A stretch of 64,000 nt of DNA from Octopus sinensis (Eukaryota), in the NCBI RefSeq assembly GCF_006345805.1, contig NC_043013.1, positions 40,548,001-40,612,000 on the forward strand, given 5' to 3'. Position 1 is the stretch's first letter. Each line of letters starts with the position of its first letter. The notes beneath the pieces are model-generated. The model saw nothing but the letters and a program-made list of their open reading frames with translations. It ran no database searches and was not told the origin of the DNA. This document shows positions 63,549 to 64,000 of this stretch, in pieces. The position numbers and the translations under genes are program-made.

Positions 63549-64000
63549 ATATATTGGTATGTTTGTCGCTCGCAGATAGTGCTAGTGTGAATTGTGCGTT
63601 CTGCTGACAGAGAGGAAGAGAGGGTAAAGACTGCATTGTCCCCTTAAGATTCGGCCGAAAGATGCTCTCAGTTAGTCGGTTGAAAACCGAAGAGAACGAG
63701 AGAGAAATGCTCTCCGTAATGCAGTGCATGGCCAAGAAGTTGATCAAACATTAAGCAAAGGATTGACTCTTCCAAAATCAGCAAAGGTCCTAGGAAGTCA
63801 AGTTTTCCCCATCAGTTTTCCAGCATAGAGACAACGGACAAAGGATTAGATTTTCGCCTGACAAGCAACTCGTGTGTGGATTCGGTTTCGAATCAGAGCT
63901 AAACGAGGTCATGTATATATGTATATATATAGAGGTTTGAAAAGTTAGGATTTACAAACCGTTAGATCTACATGTGGTTCTAACAGTCTGTGCATCACGG

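Noticed and set aside
63560-63900. Possible LINE endonuclease remnant or exon
   Set aside because: Stops in all frames and no motif clear enough to call.

Overview
Repeat-saturated, AT-rich eukaryotic DNA. It is most likely an octopod (Octopus-like) genome, inferred from SINE signatures I recognise and a mollusc-type nad4 fragment. Nearly all ORFs in the supplied track are microsatellite artefacts or decayed transposon ORFs, and I find no complete host gene. Retroelements: dozens of tRNA-derived SINE copies in four families (called A-D here), two R4/Dong-type LINEs sitting in (TAA)n tracts plus a third fragment, relics of RTE, L1/Tx1 and I/Jockey-group LINEs, and two Penelope-like elements (a Neptune-like GIY-YIG tail with ~0.9-kb inverted arms and a Naiad-like RT). 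DNA transposons: mariner, Merlin, MULE, Helitron and hAT relics and MITEs. There is also a nad4 NUMT and three speculative host exons. The most notable signal is a dense set of minimal type-I hammerhead ribozyme motifs (about nine), on Penelope-like elements and on short non-coding, often palindromic elements in (TA)n/(TAA)n tracts. Several have non-canonical cores (U3-A8, A6U in two different-looking families, U4C, an extra A after A9). All calls were made by eye; boundaries are approximate unless a TSD or TIR is quoted.
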